This document shows, piece by piece, positions 49,501 through 62,177 of a DNA stretch of 64,000 bases. The translations under genes were made by a program, and so were the position numbers. A model generated the notes under the pieces. It saw nothing but the letters and a program-made list of their open reading frames with translations, searched no databases and had not been told where the DNA came from. Source of the DNA: Lama guanicoe (lineage: Eukaryota); NCBI GenBank assembly GCA_013239625.1, contig MU054116.1, positions 62,001 to 126,000 of the forward strand, written 5' to 3'. Position 1 is the stretch's first letter; every line of letters begins with the position of its first letter.

Positions 49501-49800
49501 CTTTATGCTAAGTAAAAGATGCCACAATCAAAAGCATACATTCTGTCTAATTCAACCATATAAACTCTAGGAAACACAATAGGCTTTTTATAAACTGAAC
49601 TTATAATGACAGAAAGTACATGGCTGGTTGCCTGGGACTGAAGAGGAGTTGAGTAAGAAAACATATAAAAGAGAAACTTCTTTTGGAAGATGGGAATGTT
49701 CTGTCTTTATTGGGATTTTGCTTTAGACGTGTATACATTTCTCAAAATTCACCAAATTGTACAATTAAAATGCATACATTCTATGTAACTTTACCTCAAA
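46507..49800 (+). mobile_element. Old LINE-1 (L1MB/L1MC-like) ORF2 and 3' end, interrupted by a younger antisense L1
   Basis: gacatgatcatgtacatagcaaatcc, ggaagacttaatattgctaag, gtgaaatgcaaatcaaaaccacaatgagat, aatgtccatcaatagatg. Confidence 0.8.
47083..48010 (-). mobile_element. 5'-truncated young LINE-1 nested in the old L1
   Basis: Poly-T/(TTAT) tail at left; TSD TCCCACTTCTT at 47072-47082 and 48013-48023. Confidence 0.9.
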
Positions 49801-50229
49801 AAGTCTGCCACCCAGCCTTGACACAGACTAGTCCTTGGTTAAATTAAGGTAATAATCTTTTTACTCTATAAAGGAAAAAAGGATGCTGATAATAACATGT
49901 TTATCCAGATACACTCTCATATCTTACACTGGAGGGAAATTTTACTTTACCGATAGGATTAGTACATTATATTTCTAAAAATAAACACCCAATTCGTTGA
50001 AGAACTTTTACTTCTAACAATTATTCTCAAAATATTCCAATAAAAAGTTTGTATAATGGTAATTCTTATAGAATTATTTATAATTGTAAAGAATGGAAAG
50101 GAATATTTATAACCAAAAATTTTTTAATTTCATGTCTGATGGTATTACACAGTTTGCTGAGTGATAAGTTTTTGCTCTGTGATGTTAACATCACTCCCCT
50201 CATAAAAAATAACTGAATCATAAATGCAG

Positions 50230-52562
50230 GTTGGTTTTTTTATTATTAAGTTGTATGAGCTGTTTATATATTCTGGAAATTAAGACCTCATCATTCTCAT
50301 TTTTTACAAATATTTTTCCCATTCTGTAGGCTGTCTTTCTATTTTGTTTATGGTTTCCTTTACTGAGAAAAGCTTATAAGTTTTATTAGGTCCAGTTTGT
50401 TTGTTTTTGCTTTTATTTCTATTGCCTGGGTAGACTGCCCTAGGAGAAAATTGCTAAGATTTACATCAAAGACTGTTTTGCCTATGTGTTCTTCTAAGTG
50501 TTTTATAGTATCTTGTCTTATGTTTAAGTCTTTAAGCCATTTTGAGTTTACTTTTGTCTATGGTGTGAGGGAGTATTCTAATTCATTGATTTACGTGCAG
50601 CTGTCGTTTTCCCAACACCATTTGCTCAGGAGACTGTCTTTATTGTATATTTTTACCTCCTTTGTCCAAGATTAATTGAACAATAATCTGTGGGTGTCTT
50701 TCTGGGCTCCCTATTCTGTTCCATTGATCCGTATGTCTGTTTTTGTGCCAACACCATGCTGTTTTGATTACTGTAACTCTGCAGTATTGTCTGAGGTCTG
50801 GGAGGTTATTCCTCCAGCTTCATTCTTTTTCTTCAGTATTGCATTTGAAATTCTGGGTCTTTTGTGATTCCAAATAAATTTCAGGATTATTTGTTCTAGT
50901 TCTGTGAAAAATGTCCTGGGTAACTTGATAGGGATTGTACTAAGTCTGTAGATTGCTTTGGGTAGGATGGCCATTTTAACAATATTAATTCTTCCAATCC
51001 AAGAGCATGGGATATCTTTCTATTTCTTTAAGTCATCTTTAATTTCCTTACAATGATTTGTATTTCTCTACATATAAGTATTTCATTTCCTTGGCCAGAT
51101 TTATTCCTAAGTATTTTATTTTGGGTACACAATTTTAAAAGGGATTATTTCTTTACTTTCCTTTTCTGATATTTCACTGTTAGTGTAAAGAAATGCAACT
51201 GATCTGTATGTTAATATTGTATCCTGCTACCTTTCTGAATTCTTTTATCAGCTCTAGAAGTTTTTGTGTGGAGCCTTTAGGATTTTCTATATATAGTATC
51301 ATGTTATCCACATATAGTGAAAATTTTACCTCTTCTCTTCCAATTTGGATCCCTTTTATTTCTTTTTCTTGTCTAATTGCCATGGCTAGGACTTCCAGTA
51401 CCATATTGAATGGAAATGGTGTGTGTGGGCATCCTTATCTTGTTCTGGATTTTAGTAGGAAGTCTTTCAAGTTTTCACCATTGAATATTATGCTGGCTAT
51501 AGGTTCATCATAAATACCTTTCATTATGTTGAGATATGTTCCCTCTATATCCACTTTGGTTAGAGTTTTACCATAAATGGGTGTTGAATTTTATTAAATG
51601 CTTTTTCTGCATCTATTGACAACCCAATCCAAAAATGGGAGAAGACCTAAACAAGCAATTCTCCAAGGAAGACATACAAATGGCCAACTGGTATATGAAA
51701 ATATGCTCAATATCACTAATTATCAGAGAAATGGAAATCAAAACTACAATGAGGTATTATCTCACACCAATCATAAATGGCCATCATTCAAATGGCCACA
51801 AATGATAAATGTTGGAGAGAGTGTGGGGAAAAGAGAACCCTCCTATACTGGTGAGAATGTAGTTTGGTGCAGCCATTATGGAAAATAGCATGGAGATTCC
51901 TCAAAAAACTAAAAACGGACTTACCATATGATCCAGCAACCCCACTCCTGGGCACATATCCAGAGGGAACCTTAATTCAAAAAGACACATGCATGCCAAT
52001 GTTCATAGAAGCATTACATACAATAGCCAAAACATGGAAACAATCTAAGTGTCCATTGACAGATAACTGGATAAAGAAGTTATGATATATTTATACAATG
52101 GGATACTTACTCAGCCATAAAAAAGATGTTATTTGCAGCAACATAGATGAACGTGGAGAATGTCATTCTAAGTGAAGTAAGCCAGAAAGAGAAAGAAAAA
52201 TACCATATGATATCACTTATGCATGGAATCTAAAAAAAAAGTTAAATGAACTTATTTACAAAACAGAAAAAACACAGATATAGAAAACAAACTTATGGTT
52301 ACCAGGGAGAGAATGGGGTGGGAAGGGATAAGTTGGGAGTTTGAGATTTGCAGATACTAACTACTATATATAAAATAGATAAACAACAATTTTCTACTGT
52401 ATAGTATAGGGAACTATATTCAGTACCTTGTAGCAACCTGTAATGAAAAAGAATATAAAAATGAATATATGTATGCATATATATGACTGAACTACTATGC
52501 TGTACACCAGAAACTGACACATTTTAAACTGATTATACTTCAGTAAAAATAAATAAATAAAA
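50230..52562 (+). mobile_element. Young LINE-1 with 5' inversion (twin priming): 50230-51619 antisense, 51620-52562 sense
   Basis: The antisense part encodes [37 protein letters not shown]. Its left end, reverse-complemented (...aataataaaaaaaccaac), is contiguous in L1 with the sense start caacccaatccaaaaatgg. TSD ATAAA(T/G)GCAG at 50220-50229 and 52563-52572. Confidence 0.9.
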
Positions 52563-52596
52563 ATAAAGGCAGACTGAGCAGAAGTCAGAAGTCAAT

Positions 52597-53345
52597 ATGA
52601 GAAACCACATGATAACATTTATCCTTCTGGGACTGACTGATGATCCACAACTGATGATTATGATTTTCATGTTTCTATTTCTCACCTACATGTTGAGTGT
52701 AACTGGGAACCTGATCATCATCTCCCTCACCTTCAGAGATTCTCACCTGAAAATTGCCATGTAATTTTTCCTATAAAATTTCTCCTTGGAAATCTCATTT
52801 ACACTTGATTGTACTCCCAAATATTTTACAATGGATCAACAGATGACAAGAGATTCACATATGATAATTGTGCCGTTCAAATATTTTTTACTGACTTCTT
52901 TGCTGCTCCAAAATATTTCCTATTGGACCATCATGTCCTATGATGGATAAGTAGCCACCTGCAAATCCCTGCATTAAGTGACCATCATATACAACAGGGT
53001 CTGCAGAAGACTCATCCTGTGTTGCTGGACAGCTAGCTTGTTAATCATAATCCCCTCAGTTAGCCTAGGCCTAAATCTGGAATTCTGTGACTCCAGTGAT
53101 ATTGACCATTTTGCCTGTAAATCAGCCCTCCTCCTAAAGATCTCATGCTAAGAAACGTGGCTCATAAAGCAGATGGTCATAGCCTGTGCTGTGTTCATCT
53201 TTCTCATGACCTTGTATGTGTAGTTCTTTCCTATATGTATATCATCAAGATCATTGTACAATTCCCTTCTGCCTAGTAAAGGAAAAAGGCATTTTCTACG
53301 TGTTCTTCCCACATGATTGTGATTTCCATCACCTGTGGAAGCCTC
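52597..53345 (+). pseudogene. OR6C-like olfactory receptor pseudogene, multiple stops and frameshifts, 3'-truncated after TM6
   Basis: [19 protein letters not shown]...HLKIAM*FFL*NFSLEISF...[19 protein letters not shown], after which OR similarity ends. Confidence 0.9.
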
Positions 53346-53439
53346 CTAAAATTGATGTCTTTTCCACTTGCAAAATTTGTAATGAGGTTGGGAAAAAGTA
53401 TGTCAGTAGACCTCTCTGAATGGGCAAAAACATTTAACT

Positions 53440-55620
53440 GCTTTTGTGGAAACTGCCAAGATTAAACTAAAATTTATATGGAAATCCTAAAGACCAAGAA
53501 TGCACAGGAGAATTCTGAAGATTAGTAAAGCTAAGTGAATTACTTTGTAAATTATCAAGATTTAGTATGAAGTCATGCTAATAAAATGGCATTGGTGTAG
53601 AATAAACAAATAGATTAGCAGAAAGATTAAAGAGTCAAGAAATATTTCTATATGTGTATGGTAAAGTGATGTATGACAAAACAGTACACATAGAGTAACA
53701 TTTTCAAAAATGATGACGTACCAGATTTGGGATTTTATCCTGGTTATTTTGGTTGTTTATTCCTGGTAAACTTCTGAAAATACACTTGATACTTATGTAA
53801 TCTTTTAATAGGCATGTTATATTTCAATACAGATGTTTAAATTAGTGCAGAATGAAGAATATGCAGCTAATATCATACCTAAAGGTAAAAGAAAAAAACT
53901 CAATGTTCTCTACCTAAGTTCAGAAATAAGTAAAAGGTATCCTTGCAAAAATTCATAAAAACCAAAATTAAGGGCATAGAGATTTTTTAAAACCATCTTT
54001 ATTGGCAATAACATGTCTGTTTATCTACAAAATAATACCACAAAAGCTGCTAGAACTAAGAAAACAAAGAAAGAGCACCGGATAAAATGTCAATGAAAAA
54101 AAATCAATTGTATTTTTACACACTAGCTACAAGCAATCTGAAAACACAATTCTAAATACTTAAAATAGCCTAAAATGTTTTGGGAATGAAGTTAACAAAA
54201 GACGTCTAGACAGGTACATTGAAAATACAGTACATCATTGGGAGAAGTCAAACCTAAACCAATGGAGATATAGACCATGTCCTTGGATTGAAAACCTGCA
54301 TATTTATCTACAGACTCAATGCAGCCTCATTCAAATTCTAAGCAGGATTTTTGTAGAAACTGACAAAGTGACACTAAAATTCATATAGAAATTCAAAGGA
54401 CCCAGTACACTCAAAATAATTTCAAACACTGACATATTTGGAGGATTTACACCATCTGATTAGCATGAGCTACAGTAATTTCATAGAAAAGGGAACTTTC
54501 AGAAAAGCTGTGTGAGATTAGCAAACATTCCGCCTGAAAAAGCAGTAACAATGGATCAAAATTGGCAGATTTTTGTCTAGCTGATGTTTTTTAATGATAT
54601 TATTAGTTCCCTGCCACATGGACGTCTCTGCAAGGTTCATTACAACACAAAAACTTGCTGCTGCAAAAGAAGGACTCTGAGAAAGCAGAGAAAAAAGAGA
54701 GAGAGATAATGCAATAAAATATCTAAAAAATTTGGGAATCTGAGCAAAGGTATATGGGAGTGCTTTGCACATATTCTTGCAACTATTCTGTAAGTCTAAA
54801 ATTATTTCAAATTTTTAAGGTTTTAAAAAGATTGAAGGAATATACTCCAACTAAATGCAAAGATTGTGAGGCTGGATTGAAAGTCAAGACTCAATCATAT
54901 GCCATTTACAAGAGACACTCTTTAGATAGAAAGTAAAATATGGATAAAGAGATAAACCATGCAAATCCCAAATAAAAGAAAACTGATTAAGCTATGTAAA
55001 CATGAGATAGGGTAGACTTTAAAGAAGTCTGACAAGCAATAGAGGGATACTTTTCATAATGACACAATGTATAACTCAAAAAGATAACATAAAATACTTA
55101 TTTTCTGCAGTTAATAACATCTAAATATACGAAGTAAAATTTGACAGCAGAAAAAAAATGTGAAAATCCAGAATTATAAAGTTTGAACAAGATTTATAGC
55201 TCATGAAACATACCAAAAAAATTCAGAACAGATATAGAAAATTTGAACAACACTACAACCTACTTACTGTGATTGACACTCATAGAACACCCTACCAACA
55301 AGTACATAACATACATTATTTTTAAGTACATAAGGAACTTTCACAAGATAGAATATCTGTTGGACCATTTGTCTTAACAAATGTCCAAGTATTGAAATAA
55401 TGTAAAGTATATTCTATAACATCAATGGAATTCAACTAGAAATAAAATTTCAATGAAATACTAGAAAACGAAGAAATGTTTGAATTTGTGTAACCACTTC
55501 TTCATAACTCATGGGTCAAAGACAAAAAGGGGAAAACAGAAAGTACATTGAACTACATGAAAATAACAGATTTGGAAGAAAACTGTAGTTTTAAATGCAT
55601 ATATTTTCAAAAAGGAAATA
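53440..55620 (+). mobile_element. Mosaic of old LINE-1 fragments
   Basis: ctaaaatttatatggaaat, aaaagctgctagaactaag, ccatgtccttggattgaaaac, ccatttacaagagacactctttaga, ataactcatgggtcaaaga. Confidence 0.65.
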
Positions 55621-55704
55621 ATGAGAAACAAATATGTAAACTTCTACCAATAATTATATTGGGGACTGTCAATATAACAGTCTACCACAATTTTCCTCCT
55701 AGTG

Positions 55705-55950
55705 TCGGATATTTACAGAACGGATTCCCTCCCAATATTAGGTCAGATATCAAGACAGACGACACTTCACAAATAAAAACAATTTGAAGCTTCTCACACA
55801 TGGGACTTCTGGAGACAGCAGGATGGTACAAATGGGTCCAGGTTGAATTCAGTGAGGCAGAGGTGAGTTGTACCCATAGTGTCTAAGGGCTGGGGAAAGT
55901 CCCTGTGAATGTGCTTGAGACTGGCAAGTTCTGGTGTTCCCTTTGGGATA
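55705..55950 (-). mobile_element. Possible ERVL LTR fragment (MER74/MER76-like)
   Basis: tgtcggatatttacagaacggattccctcccaatattaggtcagatatcaagac...ttctggagacagcagg resembles old ERVL LTR ends; family assignment uncertain. Confidence 0.35.
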
Positions 55951-56575
55951 GCACTTTGTAATATGAAATGAGAAATAATGATGCATACTTAGTGAATGCC
56001 ATTTGGAATAATTTATGATAAATTTTCATGATGTTTTCTACATTATTCTTTTGGTAGAAATTTGATAATTGTCAAAAATCAGGAATAAACTTATAGCTAT
56101 TAGTAACAGAGAATAAGCCCATACAATAGGACAATCTGCAGTAATTTTAATGAATAGTCAAAATGTATTCAAAACCAGAGACTGCTTTAAAAAGTAACAA
56201 AGCATTCATAAAATGAACACTATACACAGAAATTTTTTATGCAGAAGTTTACATAAATTAATGAAGTGATACTTAAGTTTCCTGTGTTTTTAAATCTACA
56301 AATTAGCACTTCATTATTCAATTTTATAAAATGCTCTTCTGTTTTAAATGTGCTTAATAAATGTGACCAGGGATATACAAAATTAGTATGTCTGGCTATG
56401 CCTATATAAATATTAACAATAGTTATCTCTCTACTATGTGTGATTTTACATGTATTTCCCTTTGATTATTTTATTTATTTTTATAATTTAAATGAACTAT
56501 TCATAAAAACTAATAAATAAGGAAAATTATTCTGTATAACTCAAAACGGTCTACAATGAAGTTTCTATTTATTTC

Positions 56576-56660
56576 TGTCTCTGAAAACATCATCCCAACT
56601 GTTTCCTTACAGAGCATTTCTTTCCCCAAAGTTAATTACACACTAGTTTCCTTGGTGACG
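56576..56660 (+). promoter_or_regulatory. Degenerate OR promoter cassette for the OR at 59604
   Basis: TGTCTCTGAAAACA...ccccaaagTTAATTAcac aligns with the other four cassettes. Downstream 56890-57040 resembles 1980-2140. Confidence 0.35.
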
Positions 56661-59603
56661 TTTGAACCAGTCACCAAGGACATAAGTGTTTATCCCCTTA
56701 GTTATGGTAGATTAAAAAAATGATAGCATTTCAAAGGAATCCTATCATCAAGTTCTCTAAACATCAGAGAGAGGTCCTGCACACTCTAGCCTTTTTACTT
56801 AAAGAAAGGATAATAAAATATTGTGAAATTTAAAGTGAGATCAAGATCTTTTTAAGAAAAAACTCTAAATATTTTAGAGATAGAAAACTCAGGAACTCTC
56901 TGCCTGTGAGTGTGCATTCATAAAAATGAGTGATTGGCAGTGCACCTACCTATTTCCACTGACACATTTCTGGTCAGCTTTTATTACCCTGAAGAATTTT
57001 GGGGTGAAATGACCTTCCAAAGCTATGATTATCAAAAAGTAATAAGCATCTTCATCTTGGTCACTTATCCTTTACTTATAAAGGTAAAATGCTGCCTGTC
57101 TCTGAAAAAATAAGATGCTTTGATACCTTATGAAAAGATCTTTTTAAGAAATTAAGGTAAATAATTTTAAGGAATGAAATATATTAAAATCAAGTGTCAG
57201 ACTGCTTATGCATTACTAAAATTACCTCAATAGAGCATGCTTTTTTGAACATCCAGAAGCAACCTTTCTTAGTACCTCATTCACAACTGAAAAAATATAT
57301 ATACATAGACACATACATTATATATAAATGTGTGTATATGTGTGCACATGCACACACATACTTTCCTGAATATAATGACATATTTTTTCATGTTCCCAGT
57401 TTCCTACCTTACACACCTGTAAATTTAACAATAAAAATCATCTCTGCAAGATAGCTAGAAATCATGCCCCTACATTTTACTATATATTAGTTTGTTGAAC
57501 TTGGTCTTTTTGCATCTAGGCAAGATAATGATCAAACTGAAGTAGAATAAAACTGACTCAGAGACAAAATATTTTTGCAACAAAGAACATTGTTCTGCAA
57601 ACAGTGTGCCAGCAGAGGGAGATGTGTGAGTTGAGAATAGAAGAATGGAGAGAAGGTAACCAGGCAGCAGCTACATTTCATTCCCATAACTTCATGTGCT
57701 CTCTTGCAGTTGTCCCTTTGTGGTCTTTAAGTACAATCTCTCAGGAATCAACTTAGTTCCATCTCTTTAACTTGGTATTATGAACATTAGGTGTGGAACA
57801 GTGAAACCTGAGCACAAAGTAGGGGCTGATTCCTGCCTTCACCTCAGTAGGAAAAAATAAAAGAATCAAGTGAAACTATTTATAAGACCTCCAAGAAATG
57901 CCTTTCCATTAAGCAACGTAGAAAAAAAAAATGACCGCCCTTGAGATATTGATTGCAGATTGGAAATATTTGAGTAGCTTCAAGGGTAAGTGATTTAGGT
58001 CCAATTAGGAACCAAATAGTAACAAGAACATGGAATTACAAATCCTGTATTATGGTTTTTAATATCTCAATGAGGTGTGTTGAGAAGATATAAGTGACAT
58101 CAAAAAACAAAAACTCTGAATAGCAAATTAGACAGAAAAAAAGCCAGTTATAACTTTGGTCATCAGTAGAAGCTTTCAGCAAAAAAAGATTGCATAGTAA
58201 AATTCCAGAAGGATTAGCAATAACTCCTTCACCAAAGCAAAAGTAACTACATCAGCAGTTCCCATGTAAAAGATATGGGACACCTCTGCTAAAGACGTTT
58301 TAAAAGGGAATGCCAATTATAGAGAATGAGAAAGCTAAAAGAGTGTTTGAAGTTAGTAAGTTATATATAAGATTTATATGTTTCTTAGAGTAAAAATTTT
58401 GAGTATTTGATAATAAGTCTGGAATTCCACAAGTGCATGATATAATCTGAACAAATCATAGTCCCTAAATCTCAACAAAATCATTTCTTTCTGCTGAATG
58501 TGAAGATAGTATAAGCAGAGTATGTTCCTAGGGGTATATAAGAGAGGCACTTTTCCTAGACAGAGGTGGTTCAAATGATTTCACAAAGGAAGTGACCTTT
58601 ACTTGAATGAAATACGTATCAGTATTATCTGTTGGAGACAGTAGTTGAAGGGAGTCTAACCAGACATAACTCTGCACTGAGATGTACCAATAAATCATTT
58701 TAGTTTATGGCAGGTAAATGCTCTCCCTAGTGGACTTGATTACAAAAGTTGTTTCATGTGTAATTTTTATATAAAATATTACAATTAGCAACATAATAGT
58801 ACTCTACTGTTAGGGATCATATGTTCGTATAAGGTTTTCTATATATCATTGCTGAATGTCACAGTTTTGACTTTTAAATGAATTGTCTGAAATTTGATTA
58901 ATCAAACTCATCCTTGAAACTGGTTATACACATTTCAAAAAAAGATTTTTCTAAGTGTAAATTGAGTACAAAGCAGCAGCGATATATTCATAAGATAAGG
59001 TAGAGAATGAAACACAAACAACTGAAGAAGTTTCCAGACAAGAATCGATGTAAGGCAAATAACATAATAGTCAAGACTTATTTAGTCAGCTCCTTTTTTT
59101 AGGAAATACAAAAGAATGCTGTGGAATAGGCTGTGAAAATTTGATGTGAAACTAGTGGTAATGGTTTTTATTTTTCTACTTCAACTTGAGAGTATTAAAG
59201 AATTATTGGAATAAAAAGGGTATCAGACTACCAGTGAAATCACCCACATCAATGGTCTCTTCTGCTTCTATGGCTAAAATTGAATTAAGCACATGTATTC
59301 ACAACGGAAAATCAACTGAAAATAGGATTTGAGAAAGTGGGAAAAGCTATAAAATGAGGTCTCTGGAACAGTAAAAACAATTTTGAGAAAACATTCCTTC
59401 AACCAGCCATGGAATACACATCAGTTAGAGCTGAGGATAGCCATGTGTTCATGATTCATTGCTGAGTCCAAGATGAAAATCTATGAGAACTGCATTAGGT
59501 AGCAATTTTGCTAGTATCCATTGATAACATGATCTTTGGTACAACTTTTTTCAATGTTAATCTCAACTTTATAAATAGATTAACCTGAAGTCAGGAACCC
59601 ATA

Positions 59604-60010
59604 ATGAGAAACCTTATAAGACTAATGACATTCATCTTGCTGGGATTGACCGATGACCCACAACTTCAAGTTCTGGTATTTATCTTTCTGCTTGTCACCT
59701 ACAGGTTTAGCATAACTGGCAATCTGACAATCATCTCCCTCACCTTTGTGACTTCTCAACTAAAATCTGCCGTGTACTTTTTCCTCCAAAATTTCTCTTA
59801 GAGATTTCATTCACTACAGTCTGTATTCCCAGATTCCTTTATAGCATGTCCACTGGAGACAAGAACATTACTTACAATGCTTGTGCTAGTCAACTATTTT
59901 TTGTCATCCTCTTGGGGGCAACAGAATTTTTTCTTCTGACCATGATGTCCTATAATTGCTATGTGGCCATCTGCAAACCGTTGCATTGTATGACCATAAT
60001 GAGCAGCAAA
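59604..60010 (+). pseudogene. OR6C-like pseudogene, 5' half only (4-bp deletion, truncated after TM3)
   Basis: [21 protein letters not shown]...NFS frameshift at about 59797, then [12 protein letters not shown]...[22 protein letters not shown], which runs directly into the next OR's leader. Confidence 0.9.
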
Positions 60011-60027
60011 GCATATTGAAGTCATTG

Positions 60028-60934
60028 ATGATAAAAAAAATACAATAACAACTTTTGTTCTGCTGGGACTAACAGATGACCCTGAGCTGCAAGTTCTGAC
60101 TTTTATCTATTTCTCACCTACATGCTGAGTGTATCGCACACAATTTTCCAGCTTCCCACCTTTGTCCTTTTTCTCTTTTTTCACAAAATATTTTCTTATT
60201 AGAGATTTCATTCACATCAGCTTATATTCCCAAATATTTGCATAACATAAAAAAATGATAATATCATCAGATATAGTAGCTTGTTTCATCCAAGCATTTT
60301 TTACTGACCTCTTGGCAGTAACAGAAGTTTTTCTCTTGGTCATCATGTCCTATGACCACTATGTGTCCATCTGCAATCCCCTGCATTATGTGACCATCAC
60401 AACCAGTAGAGTTTGCCAAAGTTTTGTTTTTTGCTCTTGGTTGGCTGGACTGTTGGTCATAACCTCCCCCACTTAGTCTGGGGCTAAATTTGAAAATCTG
60501 TGACTCAAATGTTATTGATCACTTTCTCTGTGATGCTTTCCCCCTCCCTCAAACATCATGTTCAGACACATGGTTCATGGAACAAACTGTAATCTGTGCT
60601 TTGCAGACCCTCATTTTACTCTTATGTGTGTAATTCTATCCTATGCTTAAATCATCAAGACAATTTTAAGGATTTCCATGTGCCCAGCAAAGGAAAAAGG
60701 CCTTTTCTATCTGTTCTTCCTACATGATTGTGGTTTCCATCACCAATGGCGTACATGTTCATACATATAAATCCTACAGCCAACGAAGAAGTGACTATTA
60801 ATAAAGTGGTTTAATTACTCATTCCTTAAATTTTAACTATGTTAAATCCATTTGTTTATACACCGAGAAATAAGCAAGTGAAGAAAGTCATCAATGACTC
60901 AATCAAAAGCACTGCATCATTCTTAAGGAAGTAA
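60028..60934 (+). pseudogene. OR6C-like pseudogene, heavily degraded, near full length
   Basis: Leader gaagtcattgATG like gaagtcagtgATG of the 28722/45537 copies. [38 protein letters not shown] and NPTANEEVTINKVV are recognisable; many stops and indels. Confidence 0.9.
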
Positions 60935-62177
60935 AATAAAATAGCAGTCAGTAAATGAAGTTAAAAGGTGAATGGCTACTAACCTTTCTATTGAAGCTTA
61001 TAATTGTCTTTAATAATCTGTATTTCAGTTGTTACATTTTTCTGTTCCTCTTTAGATTTACTTTATACTGCACCTTAATCAACTCAATTATTTCCTTTGG
61101 TTTTTACTCAAATTCTTAAAAGAGACCTGTCTCAGTAAAGAAAATGAAAGAATATTTGCTATAATTTATTTATAGATAAATATAACCCCATATAATTAAA
61201 TTTCACAGTTTAATAAAAACCATTCTTTAGTCATCCATAAAACTGGTAGCATGCTATTGCTGATTACTGTACACAAATTTGAAAAATTTTTACAAAAATT
61301 CAAGTAAGAATTGAAATTGTATAATAAAATACTAAATAGGATGATGAGGGCATGGTGTAATAATACAAGGAGCAAATGAGAAAGACAATAATAACATTTC
61401 TAATACTCTAGGAAAATACATTAAAAACAAACAAAATAAAAACCATTCTAGGTAAAATCTCACAAGTACTCTTGAATATAGCTAAGAGAGAAGGTTAAAA
61501 TATGGACAATCACAAGGTATCAGAGATACAGAACAATTAGAAATGAAGAAAAATAAATCTACTTATAACCCTTGGATTTCCAGGAAAGCACTAAATGAAG
61601 AATGGAGAGGGGCAATTTCTTAAATTATGAGTTAGAGGGTTGGGTTTAAAAGCCCATATGGAGATGAGAGATGAAGTGTCAGGGTCCAAGTGGTGAAAGA
61701 ATATGAAACTGACATAATAGTATAAAATCAAGACTTTCAAAATGTGATTTAAGAGGAAAAAATGGCCACTCTTATAAAAGGACGACAATTTTCTCTGAGA
61801 AATTTTTCTCTCTTCTTGACTTAATGAGCTACAAATGAGGACATGGGGATCATTAATATGTTCCTCTTTCTATCCAAGAAAGAGATTTCACAGCCCAAAT
61901 TCTGCCATTTATTAATACTAGGCATAAAGAATTATATAGTGAATCCAAATTAAGTCTTTGAAAGCTTACAAATCCATCTGCAATGAGATAAGAGACACTT
62001 CATAGCAATTCACCTAAGCATAAAAAAGCCATACTCAGAAGAAATCAAAGAATTTTTTATCCCTACATATATTCATTATTTTTAAAAAATAAACTGAGCA
62101 AAAAGTAAAGCAACTCCTGCACACTATAAAATTTTGTAAACCATAAAAGTAATCCAAAGTATGTACAACACTAATTT

